64,000 bases of DNA from a bacterium (GCA_030613005.1 JAUWMV010000001.1:7771-71770); one strand, 5' to 3'. Counted from the first letter of the stretch, positions 27,832-38,541 are shown. Program-made: numbers and translations. Notes: generated by a model not told the origin, from the letters alone.

Positions 27832-28866
27832 CTACTTAGATTCCAAATCCTTCAATGTTTCTCGCATGTCTATTTTGCCCATACAGTTCTCGATACATCT
27901 ACCACAACCAGTACAAGCATTTATTTCATATCTCCAATTGTAATGAAAAAATTTATGATTATAACGATGTTTAAATCTCTCAACTAAACTACCCCGTGGA
28001 TTCAAACCACCTGCCATAAACGAGAAACGTTGATATTTACAGGAATCAAGAGCAATAAACCTGTCTGTAAGCCCATCTTTTCCGGGAACATCATATATGC
28101 TGAAACAAAAACAAGTTGGGCATACATAAGTGCATGCTGCACAGGTGACACAAGTCGAACCATGAATATCCCAAGATTTGCTATCTGGATTTTTCTCTAC
28201 AAGATTCCTATATGTTTCAGTGGTTTTATATTTACTATTTTGTGCTTCAAGCTTCTCTTTGATTATTTTACGACGTTGATCTATTTTCGCTAAAATATCA
28301 GTGCTTACATCAGGTAAGTCTAAACCTGCAATGGCGTTTGCTCCTTTTTCAGATCCAACAAAGAGAACATATCCATCATTTACTGGTGAGAGAGATAGAT
28401 CGAATGTATTATCTGTTGGGTATGGCTCAAGGTCCATAAGATTGCAGAAACAAGTGGTGGCAATATCCAGACAATCCGCTCCAATCAATAGTGTGTTCTC
28501 TCTTGCTGCAATATAATGGGCATCTTTGTAGTCGGGATCATCTTTGAATACATTGTCCCAGATTTTTATCGCTTTCAAATCGCATTGCTTTAATCCAATA
28601 ACGACCTTGGGTTCTACTTTAAGATCCAGATAGCGCCATTCATCATTAAAATATTCAGCAACTTTTTTTCTGGCTTTAACAAATATGAATTTAGCTGGTT
28701 CTGCTGCTCGGATTGTGGGAAAATCATATGTCTTATATTCGTCTTCTGTAAGCAGTTTTAAACGAGCTCCCTCTGGAGTGTTTTCGAATCGATAGATACT
28801 ACCCCAAGTTGAAAGCAATCTGGTAAATTCACCAATCTTATCGCCTGAAAGGAAGTACGCTGGCAT
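27832..28866 (-). CDS. 4Fe-4S protein (AsrA/HydB/FlxB-like)
   Basis: GLKQCD, C..TCFC, CVTCAACTYVCPTCFC, CTGCGRCIENC. Confidence 0.88.
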   Translation of the reverse strand: MPAYFLSGDKIGEFTRLLSTWGSIYRFENTPEGARLKLLTEDEYKTYDFPTIRAAEPAKFIFVKARKKVAEYFNDEWRYLDLKVEPKVVIGLKQCDLKAIKIWDNVFKDDPDYKDAHYIAARENTLLIGADCLDIATTCFCNLMDLEPYPTDNTFDLSLSPVNDGYVLFVGSEKGANAIAGLDLPDVSTDILAKIDQRRKIIKEKLEAQNSKYKTTETYRNLVEKNPDSKSWDIHGSTCVTCAACTYVCPTCFCFSIYDVPGKDGLTDRFIALDSCKYQRFSFMAGGLNPRGSLVERFKHRYNHKFFHYNWRYEINACTGCGRCIENCMGKIDMRETLKDLESK

Positions 28867-29134
28867 AATACCCCCAGTTAAGTGATTTTCTTCACATGTG
28901 GAAAGTTAATTTTTTTTAAATAACTGTCAATCTATTTTATAGCATGGTTGCGTTTTAATTATTTAAAGTGCATTTTCGGATGTTACTCGATTAATATTTT
29001 AACTCGAAAAATTGGAATTATAATTTATGAATTGTTTGATTATATGATACTTTTGAAGGTTCTCTTTTATTTCACTTGTGGAAATTTGTCATTTCTTTAT
29101 CTTTGCTCCGAATGTACTAAGTTGGAGGTGTATA

Positions 29135-29671
29135 TTGGAAAAAACTATTATGGATGAGGCTGCAATTGCCAGAAGTCTAGAGAGAATTTCAAGCCAAATC
29201 TTTGAAAACAACCCGAATATTAAGAAATTAGCTATTGTTGGAATCAGAGAAAGAGGTGATGATTTAGCTAAGAGAATATTAAAAATCGTTGAAACTCATT
29301 GCAATGAAAAACCTGCATTCGGTCAGGTTGATATTACTCTTTATCGAGATGACTTCCGTGAGCTTACAGATATTCCTGTGACAAAGGGTTCTGAATTTAG
29401 ATTTAATCCCAAAGACATGGTTGTCATTCTCGTCGATGATGTGTTATATACTGGAAGGACTGTTCGGTCTGCAATTGACGTTATACTCGACTTTGGAAGA
29501 CCTCGCAGCATTCAGCTTGCGGTTCTTATCGATCGAGGAGGACGTGAACTCCCAATTTGTCCAGATTACGTAGGTTTGTCGGTTCAACTTAGGGTTGACG
29601 AATATGTACAGGTTCTTACCGCTGAAACAGACGGTATGGATCAAGTTTTACTGAGATTAAGGAAGAAATAA
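29135..29671 (+). CDS. pyrR: Pyrimidine regulatory protein / uracil phosphoribosyltransferase PyrR
   Basis: DITLYRDD, LVDDVLYTGRT, LIDRGGRELPICPDYVG; TTG start after GGAGGT. Confidence 0.95.
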   Translation: MEKTIMDEAAIARSLERISSQIFENNPNIKKLAIVGIRERGDDLAKRILKIVETHCNEKPAFGQVDITLYRDDFRELTDIPVTKGSEFRFNPKDMVVILVDDVLYTGRTVRSAIDVILDFGRPRSIQLAVLIDRGGRELPICPDYVGLSVQLRVDEYVQVLTAETDGMDQVLLRLRKK

Positions 29672-29692
29672 TAGTCCATTATTGGGGGTAGG

Positions 29693-30619
29693 ATGACCTT
29701 TGAACACAAGAGTCTTATTGGATTGAGGGAGATTTCTGCTGATGAGATAATGTTTCTTCTCGATGAAGCGAAAGCATTTAGAAATATACTTGACCGAGAG
29801 ATAAAAAAAGTTCCTACATTACGATGGTTGACCGTTGTTAACCTTTTTTATGAACCTTCAACTCGAACCCGGATTTCCTTTGAACTTGCTGAGAAGCGAT
29901 TATCCGCTGATGTTGTTAATTTTTCAATAACTGGATCGAGTGTATCTAAAGGCGAATCACTTAGAGATACAATTAATAACATTTTAGCAATGAAAGTTGA
30001 TATGGTTGTTGTTCGACATTCCAGTGTTGGTGCTGCATATTACATTGCAAGAGAATGCGATGTTCCAGTGATTAATGCCGGAGATGGCACTAACGAGCAT
30101 CCAACTCAGGCTTTATTAGATTTATTTACAATAAATCAGAGATTTGGTTATTTCAGAGGTCTTAGAGTTGTAATCGTCGGTGATATTCGGCACTCGAGAG
30201 TTGCTCGAAGTGACATATGGGGACTAAAGAAGTTAGGTGCATCTGTCGCAATATGCGGACCCAGAACTCTTTTACCTCAGAATTGCGATGTTTTTGGTGT
30301 TGATGTTTATACCGATCTCGAGGAGGCACTTTCAGGTGCTAATGTTGTTAATGTTTTACGTCTACAGTTTGAAAGACAAAAAGCCGGATATATCCCTTCG
30401 ATTAGAGAATACAGAAAGAAATGGGGTTTAACATCGGAAAGAGTTGCTTTTTTAGACCCAGACCATGCTATAATGCATCCAGGTCCTATGAATAGAGGAG
30501 TGGAAATCGATCCTGATGTTGCCGATTCTGAGGAGTCGGTTATTCTTCCGCAAGTAACAAACGGTGTAGCTGTTCGAATGGCTGTATTGTTTACTCTTGC
30601 CAGTAAAATTAAGAAGTAG
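29693..30619 (+). CDS. pyrB: Aspartate carbamoyltransferase catalytic subunit
   Basis: FYEPSTRT, KGESLRDT, NAGDGTNEHPTQALLD, HPGPMNRG. Confidence 0.97.
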   Translation: MTFEHKSLIGLREISADEIMFLLDEAKAFRNILDREIKKVPTLRWLTVVNLFYEPSTRTRISFELAEKRLSADVVNFSITGSSVSKGESLRDTINNILAMKVDMVVVRHSSVGAAYYIARECDVPVINAGDGTNEHPTQALLDLFTINQRFGYFRGLRVVIVGDIRHSRVARSDIWGLKKLGASVAICGPRTLLPQNCDVFGVDVYTDLEEALSGANVVNVLRLQFERQKAGYIPSIREYRKKWGLTSERVAFLDPDHAIMHPGPMNRGVEIDPDVADSEESVILPQVTNGVAVRMAVLFTLASKIKK

Positions 30620-30691
30620 GGGAGTTTTTGGTTTTGAGTGTTCTCTTCATTTATTTTGAATTAATATTTAATGTTACTTTTGGAGATTCTA

Positions 30692-31957
30692 ATGGATTTT
30701 TTTAATGTAACAGGCAGAACTCCACTTAATGGTCAGATTGAAATTTTCGCAGCTAAAAACGCGATTTTACCTATGATTGCTGCTTCTATATTATGCAAAA
30801 ATGGTTCTGTTGTGCTGAATAATATTCCCGATATTCTAGATGTTCGTGTCATGATTAAGGTTGTTGAAAGACTTGGCGCTGAGATTATTTTCGATAGTGA
30901 TAACAATAAACTCTCCATTAATGCTTCAAATTTAAAATCGGTCGAAGCTCCATACGAACTTGTCAGTAAAATGCGTGCAAGCTTTATGGTTCTTGGACCT
31001 CTTCTGGCTAAGTATGGTGAGGCTAAGGTTTCACAACCTGGAGGATGTGCCATTGGTGCAAGACCCATCGATCAACATATAAGAGGATTCGCTAAACTCG
31101 GTGCTGTAGTTACAGATGAACATGGGTACATAGTTGCAAGGTCTGAAGGGAAATTAATTGGAGGTGATTTATATTTTGACAGACCATCCCATACGGGCAC
31201 TGAGAATATTATAATGTCTGCAGTTCTCGCAAAGGGTGAAACAAAGATAATTAATGCTGCACAAGATCCTGAAATTGTCGACTTTGCAAATATGCTAAAT
31301 CTAATGGGGGCTAAAGTTAGTGGAACTGGTACCTCGACTGTAACGATAGAGGGTGTGGAATCTCTTCACGGCGTTGATTACACCCCGATTGGCGATCGCC
31401 TCGAAGCTGGAACCTATCTTTTTGGTGTGATGTCCACTGGAGGAACTATTAAAGTAAATGGGATTAAACCAGAATTCCTGAAAGTTCCGATTTTAAAAAT
31501 CTCTGAAATGGGTGGTGATTTCAAGATGGGTAAGGATTGGATTCGATTAAAAGCACCGAAAAGTACTAAGTCGGTGAATATAATTACCGATCCATATCCA
31601 GGATTTCCTACGGATTTGCAACCAATGGTTATGGCTTCGCTTTGCACAGCTGAGGGAGTGGGTGTGATTTGGGAGAGAGTGTTTGAGAACAGGTTCATCC
31701 ATGTTATGGAATTTAATCGACTGGGTGCGAATATAAGAATATCAGGCGATAGAGCTACGATTATAGGTAATTGGAAACTTGAAGGAACAACAATCATGTG
31801 TTCCGATATAAGAGCTGGAGCCGGATTGCTCATTGCAGCGATGGCTTCAAATGGCAATACAAAATTAAAGAGAGTGTATCACATAGATCGAGGATACCAG
31901 CGTCTCGAGGAGAAGTTCAATACTCTCGGTGCAAAAATTCAAAGGTTAAGCGAATAA
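30692..31957 (+). CDS. murA: UDP-N-acetylglucosamine 1-carboxyvinyltransferase
   Basis: AKNAILP, MRAS, PGGCAIGARP (Cys intact), PGFPTDLQ, FENRF, DIRAG, HIDRGY. Confidence 0.97.
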   Translation: MDFFNVTGRTPLNGQIEIFAAKNAILPMIAASILCKNGSVVLNNIPDILDVRVMIKVVERLGAEIIFDSDNNKLSINASNLKSVEAPYELVSKMRASFMVLGPLLAKYGEAKVSQPGGCAIGARPIDQHIRGFAKLGAVVTDEHGYIVARSEGKLIGGDLYFDRPSHTGTENIIMSAVLAKGETKIINAAQDPEIVDFANMLNLMGAKVSGTGTSTVTIEGVESLHGVDYTPIGDRLEAGTYLFGVMSTGGTIKVNGIKPEFLKVPILKISEMGGDFKMGKDWIRLKAPKSTKSVNIITDPYPGFPTDLQPMVMASLCTAEGVGVIWERVFENRFIHVMEFNRLGANIRISGDRATIIGNWKLEGTTIMCSDIRAGAGLLIAAMASNGNTKLKRVYHIDRGYQRLEEKFNTLGAKIQRLSE

Positions 31958-31986
31958 ATTATTGTATTATAGGTTAGTTTATAGAG

Positions 31987-32817
31987 TTAATTGCTTGTAT
32001 TATCTGCGGAAATAATAACAAAATCATCAGCTTCCCATCGGTGAGGAGGTTCCAATTGCATCCATTGTTGTTTGATAACCTTTTCAGGCACAATCCTTAT
32101 TCTATCAATGTTTTGCCTAAGGGAAACTTCTAATGGTATGTCAAAATAGATTATTTTAATTTTATAATTGTGTTTTCTCCCGATTTCGCATATAGCTACT
32201 CTTGATTGACTGGTTAATGATGTTGCATCCCAAATAACCGATTTATTTTGACTAAGCGTCTTTTGAAGTTCTGCAATACAAAATCTATAAGCTAAGCTGC
32301 TTTGCGTAGGATCCACGGGATTAAGAGAGAATTGTCCTCTAACTCGATCCATGCATATATAAGCATATTCGGGAAGATTCCTCCTAATATATGTTGTTTT
32401 TCCACATCCTGCGATTCCTATGGTTAAAGCTAACACTTTACTTTTATCATATGTTATTTGATTATTAGTAAAACTATATTTTACATTACAATGCGATGCT
32501 ATTTCTGTAAATTTCACGATATAATTTTTTACTGTTGGACTTATTTTATTATCAATCATGTTCAATGTATTATTAGCATATTTACTAAGGAGTTTTGGAG
32601 AAATATCTAAACAGATTAATTCTGTGTTGTATTTTCCCGAAATAATATCAGGTAACCACCATAAAAGCCTATATGCTTCTAACCTTGTGGTTGATGAGAA
32701 TTTACAGCTTAGTATCGATTCACGTGCTTTATAATGCAATATTCGAGTTTTCCAAGGATCGCCTATTGCGGAAAAGCCTTTATTAAACGCTTTTTCTATT
32801 TCAATCTCTGAAACCAC
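31987..32817 (-). CDS. AAA_33 / polynucleotide-kinase-like P-loop protein with unknown N-terminus
   Basis: GIAGCGKTT Walker A, VIWDATSL, R..R.VPEKVI lid motif. Confidence 0.72.
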   Translation of the reverse strand: MVSEIEIEKAFNKGFSAIGDPWKTRILHYKARESILSCKFSSTTRLEAYRLLWWLPDIISGKYNTELICLDISPKLLSKYANNTLNMIDNKISPTVKNYIVKFTEIASHCNVKYSFTNNQITYDKSKVLALTIGIAGCGKTTYIRRNLPEYAYICMDRVRGQFSLNPVDPTQSSLAYRFCIAELQKTLSQNKSVIWDATSLTSQSRVAICEIGRKHNYKIKIIYFDIPLEVSLRQNIDRIRIVPEKVIKQQWMQLEPPHRWEADDFVIISADNTSN

Positions 32818-32880
32818 TTTTAATTGAATTATTGCATTAAAGTATTGTATATTTGTTTTATAAATACTATCATGAAATCA

Positions 32881-33879
32881 CTATTCTTTTTTCAATGGTC
32901 GCGTCATAAGTTCAATAACAGTTTTTGCAGGGGACTTATTTTCCCATAGTATTTGGTGAATTGCGGAGGTTATTGGCAACTCTACTGAATAGCGTTTTGC
33001 AAGAGTTAATGCACCTTCAGTTGAAAATACTCCTTCTGCAATTTGTGTCATTGAATCGAGGACTTCCTGCGGTTTTTCTCCTTGTCCAATTCTGAAGCCA
33101 AAAGTAAAATTTCTGCTTTTAGGACTTGTGCATGTGAGAACCATATCCCCAAGCCCAGATATTCCAAAAAGGGTTTCTTTTTTAGCACCCATCTTTTTCC
33201 CAAGCCTAACAAGTTCGGAAAGTCCACGGGTTATTAATCCTGCACGAGCATTCTCTCCCAATTTCATACCAATACTAATACCGGTTGCAATAGCGATTAT
33301 ATTTTTTAGTGCTCCACCCAGCGAAACTCCCAGTGGATCGTTGTTTGTGTATACTCTTAAGGTTTCATCTGAGACGATCTTTTGAATTCTGTTATAAATA
33401 TCGCTCGAACTTGAAGCGCACACAATTACCGTGGGTTTCTGATGCGCTAATTCATTTGCAAATGTGGGACCTGAGAGTACTCCACATCTATTATCGCCAA
33501 ATTTCCCTGATAGAATTTGTATTGGAAAGCGAATTTTTTTCCTTTCAATACCTTTGCTTAAGGAAATGTGAATAGCTTTAGACGAGACATATTTGTGCGA
33601 TAAATCGACAATATTGCTTAAAAACTGAGTGGGTACAGCCCAGAAAACCAGTTCTTTGTTCTTAAGAGCTTTTTGAAGTTCATTGGTTGGTGTTATTGAT
33701 CGGGGAACAACTGCTTCAGGTAGATATATTCTATTTTCCCGGAATTCTAATATTGATTCTGCGACATTACTTTCGTAACACCATAGGTCAAGCCAATGCC
33801 CTAGACGACCAAGGTGAATAGCAAAAGCTGTTCCCCATGCTCCAGCACCAATTATTGCAGTTCTATTCTTCGCTTTCAT
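32881..33879 (-). CDS. gpsA: NAD(P)H-dependent glycerol-3-phosphate dehydrogenase
   Basis: IGAGAWGTA, SKGIE, SGPTFA, GGALKNIIAIA, GLGDMVLTC, SRN. Confidence 0.96.
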   Translation of the reverse strand: MKAKNRTAIIGAGAWGTAFAIHLGRLGHWLDLWCYESNVAESILEFRENRIYLPEAVVPRSITPTNELQKALKNKELVFWAVPTQFLSNIVDLSHKYVSSKAIHISLSKGIERKKIRFPIQILSGKFGDNRCGVLSGPTFANELAHQKPTVIVCASSSSDIYNRIQKIVSDETLRVYTNNDPLGVSLGGALKNIIAIATGISIGMKLGENARAGLITRGLSELVRLGKKMGAKKETLFGISGLGDMVLTCTSPKSRNFTFGFRIGQGEKPQEVLDSMTQIAEGVFSTEGALTLAKRYSVELPITSAIHQILWENKSPAKTVIELMTRPLKKE

Positions 33880-34750
33880 TTGAGATTAACTCTTTCAGTT
33901 GAGCGTCATTTTTTAATGGATCAAGTTCAGGATCTTCTCTTGCCATTTCTTTATAGGCATCATCTAATTCAATTGCTTGTATTATTTCTTCTATAGCAGC
34001 TTCTCTATCATTTTTCGCAAGCATAATAAGTCCTCGATAATAATGTGCAATGCCTAATTCAGGATAGATAGTTAGTGCTGAGTCGATAGCCCATAGCGCA
34101 CTGTCCTGTTGGTTAAGTTTATAATAGGCAACACCTAGTTGAGTAAAGCTAATGGGTTCATTGGGTTGTTTATTAATAAACTCAAGTGCTGCTCTTTTAG
34201 TGCTATCATACCACTCAAGATGGTTGAAGATAATCATTTGGTTTAAGTAAAGACTAAGATATTCAGGATCATATTGTAAAGCATTTCTTATTGCTTTAAT
34301 TGCTTGTTTGTATTCACCAGCGATATCGTATGTGATTGCCAACGAATTGTATAAAAATGCATTTTCACTGTCCCGTTGAATAGCTTGATTAAATGCCACA
34401 AGAGCCATTTTAAAATTGTCATTTCTTCTATATAGTTGCGCCATATATACCCACGGATCCGGATTGTGTGGTGAGAGTTCTGCTGCTTTATTATAGCAGA
34501 TAATTGCAAGAGAATCGTCGCCCAACATATCATATGTTATGCCCATATTAAACCATGTAGCACCAAGGTTCGGTGCAATTTCGAGGGCTTTTTGCCACAT
34601 TTCGATTGCACCCTCAAGATCACCTTCTTCGAATAATTTCTGTGCTTCATTAAATTCCTCGGGTGGTTTCTTAGAATCCTCGATTGCAAAAATTGACGTT
34701 AATAAGAGCAAAATTGTTATAAATATTAGTCTCATTTGTATTCCTTTCAT
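33863..34750 (-). CDS. Exported TPR-repeat protein
   Basis: Signal peptide followed by multiple TPR repeats (WFNMG, YNSLA, LGVAY). Confidence 0.85.
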   Translation of the reverse strand: MKGIQMRLIFITILLLLTSIFAIEDSKKPPEEFNEAQKLFEEGDLEGAIEMWQKALEIAPNLGATWFNMGITYDMLGDDSLAIICYNKAAELSPHNPDPWVYMAQLYRRNDNFKMALVAFNQAIQRDSENAFLYNSLAITYDIAGEYKQAIKAIRNALQYDPEYLSLYLNQMIIFNHLEWYDSTKRAALEFINKQPNEPISFTQLGVAYYKLNQQDSALWAIDSALTIYPELGIAHYYRGLIMLAKNDREAAIEEIIQAIELDDAYKEMAREDPELDPLKNDAQLKELISNESEE

Positions 34751-34800
34751 ACAGTTTTGATGCTATAATATTTTTTGGTTAAATGGCTTTTTATTTTGAG

Positions 34801-36594
34801 TTATTTTTTTTCAATAAGTCTGAATTCCACACGTCTGTTTAATGCTCTTCCTTCCTCTGTTTCATTATCAGCAATTGCCACACGTTCACCAAAATTAATT
34901 ACTGAAATTTTTTCAGGATTAACCCCCTTTTCTTCGAGCCATTTATCAACTGCACGTGCTCGCCGTGCTGAAAGTTTTAGATTAAAGTCATCTGTTCCTA
35001 TGGAATCTGTATGACCTGAAATTTCTATAAAAAGATATTCATTTTCTTTCAGAATTCTAACAAGCATTTCCAATTCCGGATTAAATTCTGTTTTAATTTC
35101 CCATTTGTTAAACTCGAAATAAATATTCTTAGCTTCAAACATTAAATTAAAATCAAACGGTTTCATTCTTATGTCAAACACAATTGGTGTATCTTCAGGT
35201 GTAATCTGCAGATTCAATTTTGCTTGAAAAGTATCAAAATCCTCACAAAAAGCGGTGAGTGAATATATTTGATCCGAGAAAGTCTGTATCGAATATCTGC
35301 CTGTAACACTATCTGAAATTGTAGATCCTGCATTTTCATCTAATGAACTTGAAATGGTTATTTTAACAGGTAGAGGGTTGTCGAGAGTATCCGAAACATT
35401 ACCTCGTATATATAATGGGAATTTGGGTCGAAGTTCCTTCGGTAGCTCAACCCGGAAAATATCGGTACCACCAAATGTATTGTATCCTGCTGATGAAAAA
35501 TAAGCATAGTGTCCATCTGCTTGAACTGTGTAATAGGCATCCCAAAATATGGTATTCAACTCTTTTCCAAGATTTTTCGGCTTTTCCCAATTTGTCCATG
35601 TATTGTCGAGTCGGCGAGTAACAAACATATCTCCGTTTCCAAGGTTGGGATGACCACTCGATGAAAAGTAAAGAGTAATTGCGTCGGGGGCTAAAAATGG
35701 GGTACCATCAACTCCGGGGGTATTTATTTGACTGCCGAGGTTCAACGGTTTGCTGAAAACTCCTTCATCATCCATGAAGGAAATATAGATATCCAAATCA
35801 CCGAATCCGTCGACACGTTCAAGCGCATATAGTAACGTTTTCCCATCTCTAGATATTGTGGCGCTGATAAATTTATTCTCGGTGCTATATCCTTTAATTT
35901 TTATGGTTTTGGGGAATGTCCAACCGCTTTTAGTTCGATTAGATACGGAAAATCCTAGGGATTTAATACCATGTTTATCATAAGTGCCTAATAGCAGAAG
36001 TGAATTTCCATTGTTAAAGATTGATAAAATGGCATCTGCATATTTCGTATTCAAGGATATTATAGAATTTCTTTTTGTCCATTTTTGTGATATATTTAGA
36101 GACGAATTGTAAATGTCCTGATCGCGGTTTTTCCTGTTCTCTAAAACAAAGAACAAATTTTTACCATCAGGACTTATTGCGGGTAGAATCTCATTGTCTT
36201 TTGAGTTGATTTCCTCAGACAGTCGATGAGCATAATAACCGTATTCCGGAGCGGAAGTAATAGAGGCGAGTTCTTTCCACCAGTATGAAAATTTCTCATC
36301 TTTTTTTTCGAGTATTCTAAAAACTCGAGTGGCTTTATCCCAATCTTTTAATGCGATATAACATTTAGCGAGAGTTGGTAATACAAGTGTTGAGTCGTTT
36401 TTAGTTATGTCCGAAGTGGAAAGCCAATTTTCTATCTGAACAGCAGCTTCTGTGAATTCTCCACGACTGATTATCTGTTGAATTTGTTTAGGAACGATCG
36501 ATCTGGGTATAGTTATTTCTTTCTTAGGTTTTCCAGCACAATCTATGGAAATTAATACCAATAATATGTAAATAATATATCTAATATGTTTCAT
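34801..36594 (-). CDS. OmpA-family lipoprotein with TPR, PD40 repeats and carboxypeptidase-regulatory-like domain (PorE-like architecture)
   Basis: SIDC lipobox, PAISPDG/LAPDA PD40 repeats, ISGHTDSIG..NLKLSARRA, NRRVEF. Confidence 0.88.
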   Translation of the reverse strand: MKHIRYIIYILLVLISIDCAGKPKKEITIPRSIVPKQIQQIISRGEFTEAAVQIENWLSTSDITKNDSTLVLPTLAKCYIALKDWDKATRVFRILEKKDEKFSYWWKELASITSAPEYGYYAHRLSEEINSKDNEILPAISPDGKNLFFVLENRKNRDQDIYNSSLNISQKWTKRNSIISLNTKYADAILSIFNNGNSLLLLGTYDKHGIKSLGFSVSNRTKSGWTFPKTIKIKGYSTENKFISATISRDGKTLLYALERVDGFGDLDIYISFMDDEGVFSKPLNLGSQINTPGVDGTPFLAPDAITLYFSSSGHPNLGNGDMFVTRRLDNTWTNWEKPKNLGKELNTIFWDAYYTVQADGHYAYFSSAGYNTFGGTDIFRVELPKELRPKFPLYIRGNVSDTLDNPLPVKITISSSLDENAGSTISDSVTGRYSIQTFSDQIYSLTAFCEDFDTFQAKLNLQITPEDTPIVFDIRMKPFDFNLMFEAKNIYFEFNKWEIKTEFNPELEMLVRILKENEYLFIEISGHTDSIGTDDFNLKLSARRARAVDKWLEEKGVNPEKISVINFGERVAIADNETEEGRALNRRVEFRLIEKK

Positions 36595-37640
36595 GAGAAA
36601 CTATCCGTTTTTATGTTAAACTTATATACTTCTTCGAGAAGAGCTGACATTAGGGCTACTGCATTTTCAATGTCGGATTTTCTCACAATGCTTTGAGCTG
36701 AGTGGAGATATCGCACAGGAATTGATAGAGCAGCATTAATAACTCCTCTCCGAGATATTTGAATTACAGTAGCATCAGTGCCACCGAATCTTTTTGCAAT
36801 CAATTGATATTTAATATTTCTTTTTGTTGCAATTTCCGATAGAAAATTTATCCATTTTCGGTTGGCAATAAAAGTCCGGTCGGAAAGCCTTAATTCTGGT
36901 CCTTGTCCTTGCTTTGCTAATTTCTTGTGTTCTGGAACGCCCGGCAAATCGTTAGACAATGTACCTTCAAGAGAGATACCTAACTGTGGAGCTATAGTAT
37001 ATGCTGGTGTATATGCACCTCTTAGACCTCTTTCTTCTTGAACAGTTCCAACTAAAAAGAGATCGCAATTTATTTCTTTTGCCATCTTTGCAGATTCAAG
37101 CATAATAAATAAGCCTACTCTATCGTCGAAAGCTTTGCCGATAAATGAAAACTCCGTTTCAATACAATCTCCTTCAAAAGTCACGATATCACCTATTGAA
37201 ATGTTTTCCAGCACAGTTTTGTTATCGAGACCAGTATCGATAAAACAATCTTCTATAGAAGTTGATTTACTTTCGGATTCGGTTTTATCCCTTGTAATAT
37301 GGGGTGGTATAGAACCAACAACACCAACAATTGGACGTTTTCCCCAGATTATAAGTCTTTCTGCATAGAATACTTTCGGGTCGATACCTCCAAGTGGAAT
37401 TACTCTTATAAAGCCTTCTTTGTCGATGTAATTGACGATAAAGGCAACCTCATCCATATGTGCGTCGATCATTAATTTTGAACCGATCCCGGGGATATGC
37501 GCAATAACATTTCCCATTGGGTCAATGCTTATTTCATCTGTTAGGTTTTTAAACTCCCTAATCATTATTGTTCTGATTTTCTCCTCATAGCCGGGAGCAC
37601 CAGGTTCGTCAGAAAGTTCTTTGAGAAGCTTCCAATTCAT
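36591..37640 (-). CDS. M42 family aminopeptidase
   Basis: DAHMDEV, KAFDDRVG, VQEERGLRGA, GGTDA, PVRYLHS. Confidence 0.93.
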   Translation of the reverse strand: MNWKLLKELSDEPGAPGYEEKIRTIMIREFKNLTDEISIDPMGNVIAHIPGIGSKLMIDAHMDEVAFIVNYIDKEGFIRVIPLGGIDPKVFYAERLIIWGKRPIVGVVGSIPPHITRDKTESESKSTSIEDCFIDTGLDNKTVLENISIGDIVTFEGDCIETEFSFIGKAFDDRVGLFIMLESAKMAKEINCDLFLVGTVQEERGLRGAYTPAYTIAPQLGISLEGTLSNDLPGVPEHKKLAKQGQGPELRLSDRTFIANRKWINFLSEIATKRNIKYQLIAKRFGGTDATVIQISRRGVINAALSIPVRYLHSAQSIVRKSDIENAVALMSALLEEVYKFNIKTDSFS

Positions 37641-38138
37641 TTGTTCCTTTTCAAAGCTTAATGATTAATTAATCTTTAATCCAATCTAAGTTATCTAATA
37701 AAATATAAAAGTTTTTAAAAAAAATCTACATTTAATAATGATTTTGGAAAAATTTTTCAGGCAAAATAAGGCTGCTTGAGCATTAAGAAGGATAGGAAAT
37801 GATTACGTTAATTCATTATTAGAAGTGGACTTATCGAGATGATAGACTGTTGAATGCATGTTTATACGTTGTTTAACGATATAATTGCTTAATTTTGATA
37901 TTTGAATGCCATAAAAAGTTGAAGATATAACTGTTTTTCCCATAGGGAACGGGTAATGTATATTGTCATATATTAGGTATGGTATTAAGTTAATAATGAT
38001 AAATTATATTATTCACATTTATGTTTATTAAGAAGCATAATAATAATTTATTTTATACGAATAAATAAGTAATTGCAATGAATTATATTTTTCATTTATA
38101 TTTTGTATGTTTTTTAGACTAAATTTATAGTTTAATTT

Positions 38139-38224
38139 CGGAGGGGGAGGGATTCGAACCCTCGGTCCCCAAAGGGGACAACGGTTTTCGAGACCGTCCC
38201 GTTCGACCGCTCCGGCACCCCTCC
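38139..38224 (-). tRNA. tRNA-Ser(CGA)
   Basis: Reverse complement GGAGGGG...ACGGT CT CGA AA ACCGT, long variable arm GTCCCC TTT GGGGAC, GGTTCGAATCC. Confidence 0.95.
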
Positions 38225-38331
38225 TATTAGATTGATTAACATATTGAATGAAATTACAATCTAAATGTCTTTAAATAGACCTCCAGTATGTGATTAAAGT
38301 GAATTAGTAAAACCTACATTTAATGAAAAAT

Positions 38332-38423
<92 letters not shown>

Positions 38424-38433
38424 AAGTTCATAA

Positions 38434-38462
38434 TAAATATCCTCTATGTTTTTGAATGTCAA
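38434..38462 (-). promoter_or_regulatory. Putative promoter of the tRNA-Ser pair
   Basis: Minus strand TTGACA-17 nt-TATTTA about 10 nt upstream of tRNA-Ser(GGA). Confidence 0.5.
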
Positions 38463-38541
38463 GGCTATTTACAATATAATCGTTAGGATTTATAAAAACT
38501 AATTTTGTATGTTAAAAGGTGATTATAAGATCGAGGATTAA

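Noticed and set aside
28867-29134. PyrR-binding attenuator upstream of pyrR
   Set aside because: No ARUCC-N-GNGAGG binding loop or terminator/antiterminator pair is visible
37641-38138. AT-rich 500-bp gap with TTATTCACA at 38009 as a possible oriC or island remnant
   Set aside because: Only one DnaA-box match seen, no dnaA or integrase nearby, and no duplicated tRNA 3' end found
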